A stretch of 25,597 nt of DNA from the NCBI GenBank assembly GCA_038217285.1, contig JBBQPO010000055.1, positions 1-25,597 on the forward strand. The letters are read 5' to 3'. A program made the translations under genes and the position numbers. The notes below the pieces were generated by a model, which worked only from the letters and a program-made list of their open reading frames with translations, had not been told where the DNA came from and did no database searches. This document shows positions 17,866 through 25,597 of this stretch, in pieces; position 1 is the first letter of the stretch; each line of letters starts with the position of its first letter. Source of the DNA: Chthonomonadales bacterium (GTDB lineage Bacteria; Armatimonadota; Chthonomonadetes; Chthonomonadales; Chthonomonadaceae).

Positions 17866-18561
17866 GTGGTGGAAGTGATATACAAAATGAACCGTAAAGG
17901 TCGCTTGCGGCGCGCAAGCCTGGGACTGGCGGCGACGACTTTCAGCCTGTTCCTGCTGACCGGCTGCCATATCGATATGTGGGTGCAGAAAAAGAACAAG
18001 GCGCAGTCGGCGAGCGAGTTTTTCGCGGACGGCAGCGGCTCACGTCCGCCTGTTCCCCATACCATTGCGCGCGGCGGAATGAAGACCGACGAACAGTATT
18101 TCACCGGCTACGCCGGCGGACAGATCGTCGGGGGATCGTTGGTCGGGGCGCAGTATGTCGAGGCCATTCCCCTGGCCGCCTACAAAGCCTTCGACAACGA
18201 TACGCATAAGATGCTGGAGCGCGGACACGAACGCTTCGACATCTTCTGTTCGCCCTGCCACGGCAAAGTCGGCGACGGCAAGGGCATGATCGCCCTGCGC
18301 GGCTTCAACGCGAAGCGGCCCGTCGGCAACTACCATACCGTCCGACTGCGCAAAATGCCTATCGGACACTTCTACGATGTGATCACCAACGGCTACGGTA
18401 CGATGACGCCGCGTGCGTTTCAGGTCGAGCAGCCGGATCGGTGGGCCATCGCCGCCTACATTCGCGTACTGCAGACCAGCCAGAACGCACAGCCCGCCGA
18501 CCTCGACCCGCACGATCAGCACGAACTGAGCGCTCCTGCGGGCAGCGCGGCGAAAGAGTAG
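17866..18561 (+). CDS. actE: Alternative complex III monoheme cytochrome c lipoprotein
   Basis: Lipobox LTGC, a single CSPCH and DRWAIAAYIR. The start is GTG 17866 (GGAG upstream) or ATG 17887. Confidence 0.92.
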   Translation: MVEVIYKMNRKGRLRRASLGLAATTFSLFLLTGCHIDMWVQKKNKAQSASEFFADGSGSRPPVPHTIARGGMKTDEQYFTGYAGGQIVGGSLVGAQYVEAIPLAAYKAFDNDTHKMLERGHERFDIFCSPCHGKVGDGKGMIALRGFNAKRPVGNYHTVRLRKMPIGHFYDVITNGYGTMTPRAFQVEQPDRWAIAAYIRVLQTSQNAQPADLDPHDQHELSAPAGSAAKE

Positions 18562-18573
18562 GCCGGAGGAACT

Positions 18574-19773
18574 ATGACGACACTAGAGACGACAATGCCT
18601 CCGGGCCTCAGCCGCCTGGGTAAGGTGGGAGCCGTACTGGCGGTCCTCGGCGGACTGGCCCTGCTGGGCGGCTTTACCCTCCTGCGCGACGAAAAAATGT
18701 TCTGGGCGGCCTACTTCTTCGGATGGCTTGTCTGGACCTGCTACGGCGTCGGCTGTTTTGGCCTGATGCTTCTCCAGACCGTCGTGCGGTCGAAATGGGG
18801 CTATCCGGTCATGCGGATGTTCGAGGCCGGGGCGAAAACGCTGCCGATCATGTTCCTGCTCTACCTGCCGATTCTGTTCAAGGGGGCGATCTTCCTCTAT
18901 CCCTGGGCCGACCCGCATAAAGTGGCTCTGGACGGTGTTCTGCAGCACCGCCAGGGTATGATGAACGTCATGGGCCTGTTCATTCGCGCGCTGATCTACT
19001 TCGGCTTCTGGACCTTCTCCACCGCCTATCTGACACGTCTGGCGCGGCTCCAGGACGAGACCGGCAATATGAAGTATGCGCAGGACCGCACCAACTTCGC
19101 GTCGTTCGGCATGGTGGTGCATGGCCTTGTCGTTACCTTCGCGGTTATCGACTGGGTGATGTCGCTTGAAGCGGACTGGTACTCTACCATCTTCGGCGCG
19201 TGGTTCATAATCGGACAGTCGCTCGCCGCGATGGGGCTGGTGGCGTTCATCGGAAGCCGGGGCTATGCAGCGGATCGCGCCCCCTGGACGCAGCAGGTCA
19301 TTACGGACGAGGTACGCAAAGACTGGGGCAACATGCTGCTCGTGCTGACGATGGTATGGGCCTACTTCTCCCTATCGCAGTGGCTCATCATCTGGAACGG
19401 CAACCTGCCGCAGGAGATCATCTTCTACGTGCATCGGTTCCAGGGCTACTGGCTCTACGTCGGCGCGTTCATCGTGATCTTCCAGTTCTTCGTGCCGTTC
19501 CTGGCGCTGCTCTCAGGGAAGACCAAGCGGTATCCCAATCTGCTCTCGGGCGTCGCGATGTGGCTGATGTTTATGCGCCTGGTCGACCTGACCTGGCACG
19601 TGCTGCCGATCTTCGATGGCGGCAGCTTGAAGATGGTACTTTTGGCCTTTACGGCGGTCGTAGGTTTTGGTGGACTCTGGTGTGCGCTGTTCGTATACTA
19701 CCTAGGGAGAAACGCGCTAGTGCCAGCACCGCAGTTCGTGAATGGCTATCGCGAGGTAAACACCCATGCATGA
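18574..19773 (+). CDS. actF: Alternative complex III membrane subunit F
   Basis: About 10 TM helices; DWVMSLEADWYSTIFG and SQWLIIWNGNLPQE. Confidence 0.93.
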   Translation: MTTLETTMPPGLSRLGKVGAVLAVLGGLALLGGFTLLRDEKMFWAAYFFGWLVWTCYGVGCFGLMLLQTVVRSKWGYPVMRMFEAGAKTLPIMFLLYLPILFKGAIFLYPWADPHKVALDGVLQHRQGMMNVMGLFIRALIYFGFWTFSTAYLTRLARLQDETGNMKYAQDRTNFASFGMVVHGLVVTFAVIDWVMSLEADWYSTIFGAWFIIGQSLAAMGLVAFIGSRGYAADRAPWTQQVITDEVRKDWGNMLLVLTMVWAYFSLSQWLIIWNGNLPQEIIFYVHRFQGYWLYVGAFIVIFQFFVPFLALLSGKTKRYPNLLSGVAMWLMFMRLVDLTWHVLPIFDGGSLKMVLLAFTAVVGFGGLWCALFVYYLGRNALVPAPQFVNGYREVNTHA

Positions 19774-20359
19774 CGAACATTCAACGCCACAGACGACCGA
19801 ACATGCCGAAAAACTCGGCTATGAAGTGGCAGATGTCTCTATCCCGGTCCTGATGAAGTGGGGCATCTTTCTGGCGGCCTTCGTGGGCGTCACCTCGGTG
19901 ATCGTGCTGGTGATCTACTCCTTCCTTGTCCCGCAGTACGCTACCCGCAACGTCGTCTCAAATCTGGAGACGGCGCGCCCAATGCCCACAGCCGATATAC
20001 CGAACTTGCAGTCGGATCCGGTCAGAGACATCCAGAAGTATCGCCACGATGAGGCGGCGCGCACCGGCCAAGATGGCGTCGAGGGGCACGGCTATGGAAC
20101 CTGGAAGGATGGCGACGGCAAGGATGTGACCTATATCCCGATCAAGCGCGCCATGGAGATAGTCGAGGCAAAGGGTCTTCCCATCGCAAGCGCGGACTCG
20201 GCGAAGAACGACGTCACGCCGCCTGCCGTAGACCGCGGCTTCGTCGATAATCCCCTGCCGGATCAGGGCGGTAATGTTCCCGTCTCCGGCAAAACAGGGC
20301 CCGACAACGGCGACAATCGGGACGATTCTAGTTATCAAAGACACACGCCCGGTATGTAA
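19766..20359 (+). CDS. actG: Alternative complex III subunit G-like single-TM protein
   Basis: GYEVADVS, one TM helix, PNLQSDP and IPIKRAM; overlaps the actF stop and sits in the canonical position. Confidence 0.75.
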   Translation: MHDEHSTPQTTEHAEKLGYEVADVSIPVLMKWGIFLAAFVGVTSVIVLVIYSFLVPQYATRNVVSNLETARPMPTADIPNLQSDPVRDIQKYRHDEAARTGQDGVEGHGYGTWKDGDGKDVTYIPIKRAMEIVEAKGLPIASADSAKNDVTPPAVDRGFVDNPLPDQGGNVPVSGKTGPDNGDNRDDSSYQRHTPGM

Positions 20360-20378
20360 GGGCGCGTAAAGGAACGGG

Positions 20379-21284
20379 GTGGTTCTTATGACCCGACGGT
20401 TCAACACAATCGCATTCAAATCGCTGCTTATCGCAGGCGCGCTGACGCTCGTCGGCGCTCTGTCCGCGACGGCCCAAGCGCCGCCGGTGCAGCCCAATAT
20501 CAACACCGACGCCAACATCGGTATCGACCAAAAGCTGGACGCCGAGGTTCCGCTCGACCTGACCTTCACCGATCAGACGGGCAAAAAGGTCAAGCTGCAG
20601 GACTACTTCGGCAGCAAGCCAGTGGTGCTGGCGCTGCCGTTCTATCGCTGCGCCGGGATGTGTACGCTGGAACTGGACGGCATGGCGAAGGCGTTCAATG
20701 CGATCTCGTTCACCGCAGGCAAAGAGTTTAACGCGGTCACGGTGAGCATCGATCCCAAAGAGACGTGGACGCTCGCCTCCGCCAAACAGCGCGACTACCT
20801 CGATCTCTATCCGCGCCCCGAGGCGAAGCAGGGCTGGAGCTTCCTGACAGGCGACGACGCCAACATTCACAAACTGGCGCAGGCGGTCGGCTTCCGCTAC
20901 GTCATCGATCCGAAGACGCAGCAGCCGATCCACGCGGTCGGCATCATCGTCATCACGCCGGAAGGGCATGTCTCGCGCTATCTGCTCGGCGTAGACTACT
21001 CGCCGAAAGACTTGAAGCTCTGTCTGGTCGATGCCTCGCACAACAAGATAGGCTCGCTGGTGGACAAGTTCACCCTGCTCTGCTCGCACTACGATCCGAC
21101 GACGAGCCGCTACGGTGTGGCGATAGACCGCATTATCAAGTTTACCTGCACCCTGACCGTGCTGATTCTCGGCGGCGCCATTCTGCTGATGTTCCGCTTC
21201 GAGAAGCAGCGACATGCCGAGTTGGTCAAGCAGGGACTGCTATCGACCTCGACGGCCAAGGGCAGCACGAAAAAGACCGCTTAG
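20379..21284 (+). CDS. SCO/SenC copper chaperone
   Basis: Signal peptide, CAGMC (CxxxC), VSIDPKE, conserved His (PIHA) and a C-terminal TM helix. Confidence 0.93.
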   Translation: MVLMTRRFNTIAFKSLLIAGALTLVGALSATAQAPPVQPNINTDANIGIDQKLDAEVPLDLTFTDQTGKKVKLQDYFGSKPVVLALPFYRCAGMCTLELDGMAKAFNAISFTAGKEFNAVTVSIDPKETWTLASAKQRDYLDLYPRPEAKQGWSFLTGDDANIHKLAQAVGFRYVIDPKTQQPIHAVGIIVITPEGHVSRYLLGVDYSPKDLKLCLVDASHNKIGSLVDKFTLLCSHYDPTTSRYGVAIDRIIKFTCTLTVLILGGAILLMFRFEKQRHAELVKQGLLSTSTAKGSTKKTA

Positions 21285-21368
21285 ATATTTTCCGTCCGCA
21301 GGACGGTTGGCGCAGCGCCATACAGACGGGTGAGAAATGCACCCGCCCTCGAAACCGGAGGCGTTTGG

Positions 21369-22529
21369 ATGAATTTTCCCTTCTTACCGGAGCGGGCCTC
21401 CACCTTCTCCAATCAAATCGATGCACTGGGTGTCGTTCTGACCGTGCTGACGATTTTCTTTAGTGCCCTGGTCATGTCTTTGATGCTCTTTTTTGCCATT
21501 CGCTATCGGCGCGGCAGCAAAGTGAGCCGATCAAAGCCCCAGCACCATAACATCGCTCTGGAGCTGACCTGGTCGGTCATCCCGCTCGTTCTCGGGCTGA
21601 CCGTATTCGTGATGGCGATGATCCCCTTCACGCAGATCTACAATCCGCCCGCCAATGCCGAGGAGATCTTCGTGATCGGCAAGCGCTGGATGTGGCATCT
21701 GGAACATACCAACGGGATCCGCGAGAATAACGAGCTGCACGTCCCGACGGGGCGCCCGTTCAAGCTAACGATCATCTCGCAGGACGTCATTCACGGCTTC
21801 TATGTGCCAGCCTTCCGCATCAAGCGCGATGCCCTGCCGGGCCGTTATAACACGGTATGGTTCGAGGCGACGCGCCCCGGCAAATACCATCTGTTCTGCA
21901 CCGAATACTGCGGTACGAACCATTCCCAGATGGGCGGCTGGGTCTACGTCATGACTCCGGCCAACTACTCGCAGTGGCTCAAGACGGGCAGCCAGGGCGC
22001 CTTGACGCAGAAGGTCGAGACCGTCGCCGAACAGGGGCGGGAACTCTTCACCACCCTGGCCTGCTCCAACTGCCACGTCAATCAGGACACCGTGCGTGCG
22101 CCCACGCTCAACGGCATCTATGGCCACCCGCGCAAACTCCTGAGCGGCAAGATCGTAAACGCCGACGACGAGTATCTGCGCAACGCCATCCGCAAGCCGG
22201 AAGACAATCTTCTGGAAGGTTACGGCCAGGTCACCACGATGCCCGCCTATAAAGAGGATCAACTGACCGAAGAGCAGATACACAACCTGATCGTCTATAT
22301 CAAAACGCTGGGAAGCACCTCGGGATCCCCGGTCGCGAACAAAACCGCGCCGCGAACTACCGCCCCCGCTGCAACGGTGCAGCCTGTCGGCGGCACAACG
22401 ATCCTGACGAACGGCACGACGCCTATGGCCACGCCCGGACAGCCCTCCACGGCTGTCGATTCGAAGAGTGGAGCGCAGACGACGTCCGCACTGTCCGCGC
22501 CGACCCGGAATATAGGAAGTACACCATGA
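21369..22529 (+). CDS. coxB: Cytochrome c oxidase subunit II with fused cytochrome c (caa3 type)
   Basis: GGAGG before ATG 21369; two TM helices; CuA ligands DVIHGF and [12 protein letters not shown]; heme motif CSNCH. Confidence 0.96.
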   Translation: MNFPFLPERASTFSNQIDALGVVLTVLTIFFSALVMSLMLFFAIRYRRGSKVSRSKPQHHNIALELTWSVIPLVLGLTVFVMAMIPFTQIYNPPANAEEIFVIGKRWMWHLEHTNGIRENNELHVPTGRPFKLTIISQDVIHGFYVPAFRIKRDALPGRYNTVWFEATRPGKYHLFCTEYCGTNHSQMGGWVYVMTPANYSQWLKTGSQGALTQKVETVAEQGRELFTTLACSNCHVNQDTVRAPTLNGIYGHPRKLLSGKIVNADDEYLRNAIRKPEDNLLEGYGQVTTMPAYKEDQLTEEQIHNLIVYIKTLGSTSGSPVANKTAPRTTAPAATVQPVGGTTILTNGTTPMATPGQPSTAVDSKSGAQTTSALSAPTRNIGSTP

Positions 22530-24274
22530 GCGCAGCCGCACTACCACCTACTGGTATCCCCGCGAGTACAGGGGCGCAAGAACCGAACTACCTGAACTGG
22601 AGCTATACGGTCAAGGACTGGCTCCTGACGATCGACCATAAGCGCATCGCCGTTCTCTACCTGGTCTCTATCTCGATCATGTTTTTGCTGGGCGGCTTCG
22701 CCGCCATGGTGCTGCGCTTGGAGCTGACCTCGCCGCATGGACAGTTGTTGACCTCCGAAGTCTACAACAAGATGTTCACCATGCACGGCGTCCTGATGGT
22801 CTTCTTCTTCCTGGTGCCCTCCATCCCGGCGACGCTGGGCAACTTCGTCATTCCGCTGATGATCGGCGCGAAAGACCTGGCCTTTCCGCGCCTGAACCTG
22901 CTCAGTTGGTACCTCTACACCATCGGTGGGCTGCTGGCGTTGACCGCGATGGTGACGGGCGGCGTCGATACCGGCTGGACCTTCTATACGCCCTATAGCA
23001 GCGTCTACAGCAACTCCAACGTCTCTCTGACCGTGATCGGTATCTTCATCGCCGGGTTCTCGTCGATTCTGACGGGCATCAACTTCATCGTGACCATCCA
23101 CAAGATGCGTGCGCCCGGCCTGACCTGGTTCCGGCTGCCGCTCTTCATCTGGGCGCACTACGCCACGAGCGTCATCATCGTTCTGGGAACGCCGGTCGTC
23201 GCGATCACGCTGGCCCTGGTGGTGGCGGAGCGCATGCTGCATCTGGGCATCTTCAACCCGGCGCTGGGCGGTGACCCGATCCTGTTCCAGCATATGTTCT
23301 GGTTCTACTCACATCCCGCCGTCTACATCATGATCTTGCCCTCGTTGGGTATTGTCAGCGAGATCATCGCCTGCTTCTCCCGCAAGCGTATCTTCGGCTA
23401 CAGTTTCGTGGCGTTCTCTTCGATCGCCATCGCCGTCTTCGGCTTCCTGGTCTGGGGCCACCATATGTTCGTGACCGGGCAGTCGATGTACACGAGTATG
23501 GTCTTCTCGGCCCTGAGCTTCATCGTGGCGGTGCCTTCGGCGATCAAGGTGTTCAACTGGATGGCGACGATCTACAAGGGACAGGTCTGGTTCGCCGCGC
23601 CCATGCTCTACGCGATGGGCTTCATCGGGCTGTTCACGGTCGGAGGGCTGACCGGCCTCTACCTCGCCTCGCTGGCGATGGATGTCCACCTGAACATGAC
23701 CTACTTCGTTGTGGCGCACTTCCACTTCGTCATGGTCGGCGGTGCGACGCTGGGCTATCTGGGTGGGCTGCACTTCTGGTGGCCCAAGATCACGGGCCGC
23801 ATGTATCCCGAAGGCTGGGCCAAGCTGGCCGCTGGCATCTCGTTCATTGGCTTCAACCTGACCTTCCTGCCGCAGTTCGTCGTGGGCTACCTGGGCATGC
23901 CGCGCCGCTATCACTACTATCCGGCCGAATTTCAGGTCTGGCATGTGATGTCGTCCGCAGGCGCTTCGGTGCTCGCCATCGGCTACGGCATCCCGGTGAT
24001 CTACTTCCTCTGGTCGCTGAAATACGGGGCAAAAGCGGGCAACAACCCGTGGGGCGCGGTCGGTCTGGAGTGGACGACCACCTCACCGCCACCCATGGAG
24101 AACTTCCATGAGATCCCGGTCGTGACGTGGGAGGCCTACGCCTACGAGGACGAGAGCGAAGAGCAGGCGCAGAAGGATCGCGAAGATATGCCCGGAGCAG
24201 GGGCGGCTGTGCGCCAGGAAGCCGCGCGCGATACGGAAGAGGGCCACCCGCAGGGACACCCTGCCGCAGAATGA
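22526..24274 (+). CDS. coxA: Cytochrome c oxidase subunit I, A2 subtype
   Basis: [15 protein letters not shown] (YS motif), WGHHMF, VAHFHF and GMPRRY; ATGA overlap with coxB. Confidence 0.97.
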   Translation: MSAAALPPTGIPASTGAQEPNYLNWSYTVKDWLLTIDHKRIAVLYLVSISIMFLLGGFAAMVLRLELTSPHGQLLTSEVYNKMFTMHGVLMVFFFLVPSIPATLGNFVIPLMIGAKDLAFPRLNLLSWYLYTIGGLLALTAMVTGGVDTGWTFYTPYSSVYSNSNVSLTVIGIFIAGFSSILTGINFIVTIHKMRAPGLTWFRLPLFIWAHYATSVIIVLGTPVVAITLALVVAERMLHLGIFNPALGGDPILFQHMFWFYSHPAVYIMILPSLGIVSEIIACFSRKRIFGYSFVAFSSIAIAVFGFLVWGHHMFVTGQSMYTSMVFSALSFIVAVPSAIKVFNWMATIYKGQVWFAAPMLYAMGFIGLFTVGGLTGLYLASLAMDVHLNMTYFVVAHFHFVMVGGATLGYLGGLHFWWPKITGRMYPEGWAKLAAGISFIGFNLTFLPQFVVGYLGMPRRYHYYPAEFQVWHVMSSAGASVLAIGYGIPVIYFLWSLKYGAKAGNNPWGAVGLEWTTTSPPPMENFHEIPVVTWEAYAYEDESEEQAQKDREDMPGAGAAVRQEAARDTEEGHPQGHPAAE

Positions 24275-24323
24275 CGCCTAAAACCACCAGGGTTGGCGAG
24301 GCCAAACTTCAGGAGAGTCTATT

Positions 24324-25100
24324 ATGAGTGTGGAAGTGGCAGAGACCCACGAACATTATCACGATCCGCACCTGCAACATCAGTTTCAGGATATGGATCA
24401 GCAGAACGAGTCGTATGTGGTCGGAATGTGGACATTCCTGGTCACAGAGATCATGTTCTTCGGGGCGCTGTTCCTCGCCTATACGATCTACCGCCGCGAG
24501 AATCCGGCTGTGTTCTTCGAGGTGCATCATCATCTGGACGTGTTCAAAGGCGCGACCAACACGATGGTGCTGCTGACCAGCAGTCTGACGATGGCGATGG
24601 CCGTCTATTACGCGCAGATGAAACATCGTCAGAAGCAGATGATATTCCTGGGGATCACGATCCTGTTTTCGTTCTGCTTCCTTATCATCAAAGGCTTCGA
24701 GTGGAAACAGAAGTTTGACGAGCACCACGTTCCCGGGCCGTCGTTCTCGTACACGCTGGAAGTGCCTGAGGGGGCTCACGGCGTGGCTGCCAAAATTCCG
24801 CCCGTAACGCCGCGTTCGGCTGCGGATATGAGAGTCGAATTTCCGAAGGATACCGTCGTCCTGGACTATTCGTCGAAAGCCCAGTTGTTCTTCGCCCTCT
24901 ACTTCGCCATGACCGGGCTGCATGCGTTTCACGTCGTCATCGGCATTCTAGTGATGGGCACACTGTTCTTCATGCTGATGTTCAAGCATCCGTCGGTGGA
25001 CTACTATATGCCGGTTGAGATGGCGGGCCTCTACTGGCACTTCGTCGACATCGTCTGGATATTTCTGTTCCCGCTGTACTATCTCATTCCGGGTCCGTAA
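24324..25100 (+). CDS. coxC: Cytochrome c oxidase subunit III
   Basis: GMWTFLVTEIMFFGALF, TGLHAFHV and GLYWHFVDIVW. Confidence 0.96.
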   Translation: MSVEVAETHEHYHDPHLQHQFQDMDQQNESYVVGMWTFLVTEIMFFGALFLAYTIYRRENPAVFFEVHHHLDVFKGATNTMVLLTSSLTMAMAVYYAQMKHRQKQMIFLGITILFSFCFLIIKGFEWKQKFDEHHVPGPSFSYTLEVPEGAHGVAAKIPPVTPRSAADMRVEFPKDTVVLDYSSKAQLFFALYFAMTGLHAFHVVIGILVMGTLFFMLMFKHPSVDYYMPVEMAGLYWHFVDIVWIFLFPLYYLIPGP

Positions 25101-25117
25101 GGGAAGGCGTTTTTCAC

Positions 25118-25438
25118 ATGGATCAAGAGGCCACGCATCAGACGCACCACGTCACCGAGCCGAAAGTCTACTACACCGTCTACGCGCTGTTGGTGTTCTT
25201 CATGTTTTTGACCGTCGCGGCTGCCCGTGTCAATATGGGCGGTTCGCTGAACAACATCGTCGCCATGACGATCGCTACCATCAAGGCGGTGCTGGTCGTG
25301 CTGTTCTTCATGCAGGTCAAGATGGGGACGCGCCTCACCTGGATGTGGGCCGCTATCGGCTTTATCTGGCTCCTCTTTCTGTTCGGCACGCTGGGCGACT
25401 ACGTTACCCGCAACTGGATCAGCGTCACCGGCTGGTAG
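25118..25438 (+). CDS. coxD: Cytochrome c oxidase subunit IV
   Basis: 106 aa, three TM helices, IATIKAVLVVLFFM; follows coxC. Confidence 0.88.
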   Translation: MDQEATHQTHHVTEPKVYYTVYALLVFFMFLTVAAARVNMGGSLNNIVAMTIATIKAVLVVLFFMQVKMGTRLTWMWAAIGFIWLLFLFGTLGDYVTRNWISVTGW

Positions 25439-25497
25439 ACAACGTCGCGTCGGCGCGTCTTGTCGGACTGGTGTTCGCGAAGACGTCTTCGCAAAAT

Positions 25498-25540
25498 TCA
25501 ACGCACCCCCTTTTCTCATTGCGAAAAGGAGGTGCGTTGA
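25498..25540. terminator. Probable terminator hairpin after the cox operon, possibly bidirectional
   Basis: TCAACGCACCCCCTTTTC / GAAAAGGAGGTGCGTTGA, an 18-bp stem with one mismatch and a 7-nt loop, with short T tracts on both strands. Confidence 0.7.
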
Positions 25541-25597
25541 TTTCGGTGCTGATATGGGTTTCTGAAACGTCTTTACGGGCTAGGCTTTCGGCGCTCC

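Overview
GC-rich bacterial window; the gene content suggests Armatimonadota or a similar lineage (inference only). It has three blocks. (1) 1-3300, an accessory and decaying patch: the end of a probable IS701/DDE_5-like element, a class III cyclase-STAND ATPase gene whose TPR end is replaced by two out-of-frame pieces of a CHAT (caspase-like) domain lacking the catalytic core, and a PIN toxin-antitoxin pair. (2) 3324-11213: panD, aqpZ, a BT1-like MFS transporter and a secreted GH2 + GH27 pair; the GH27 looks like a beta-L-arabinopyranosidase. (3) 11757-25438: a complete alternative complex III (actABCDEFG) - SCO - caa3 (A2-type) oxidase operon whose subunit I lacks the usual Mg/Mn-site His-Asp ligands. 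I found no intact novel system. The best leads are the STAND/CHAT chimera, the IS leader structure, the oxidase substitution and the glycosidase details. All family assignments come from motif recognition, not database searches.
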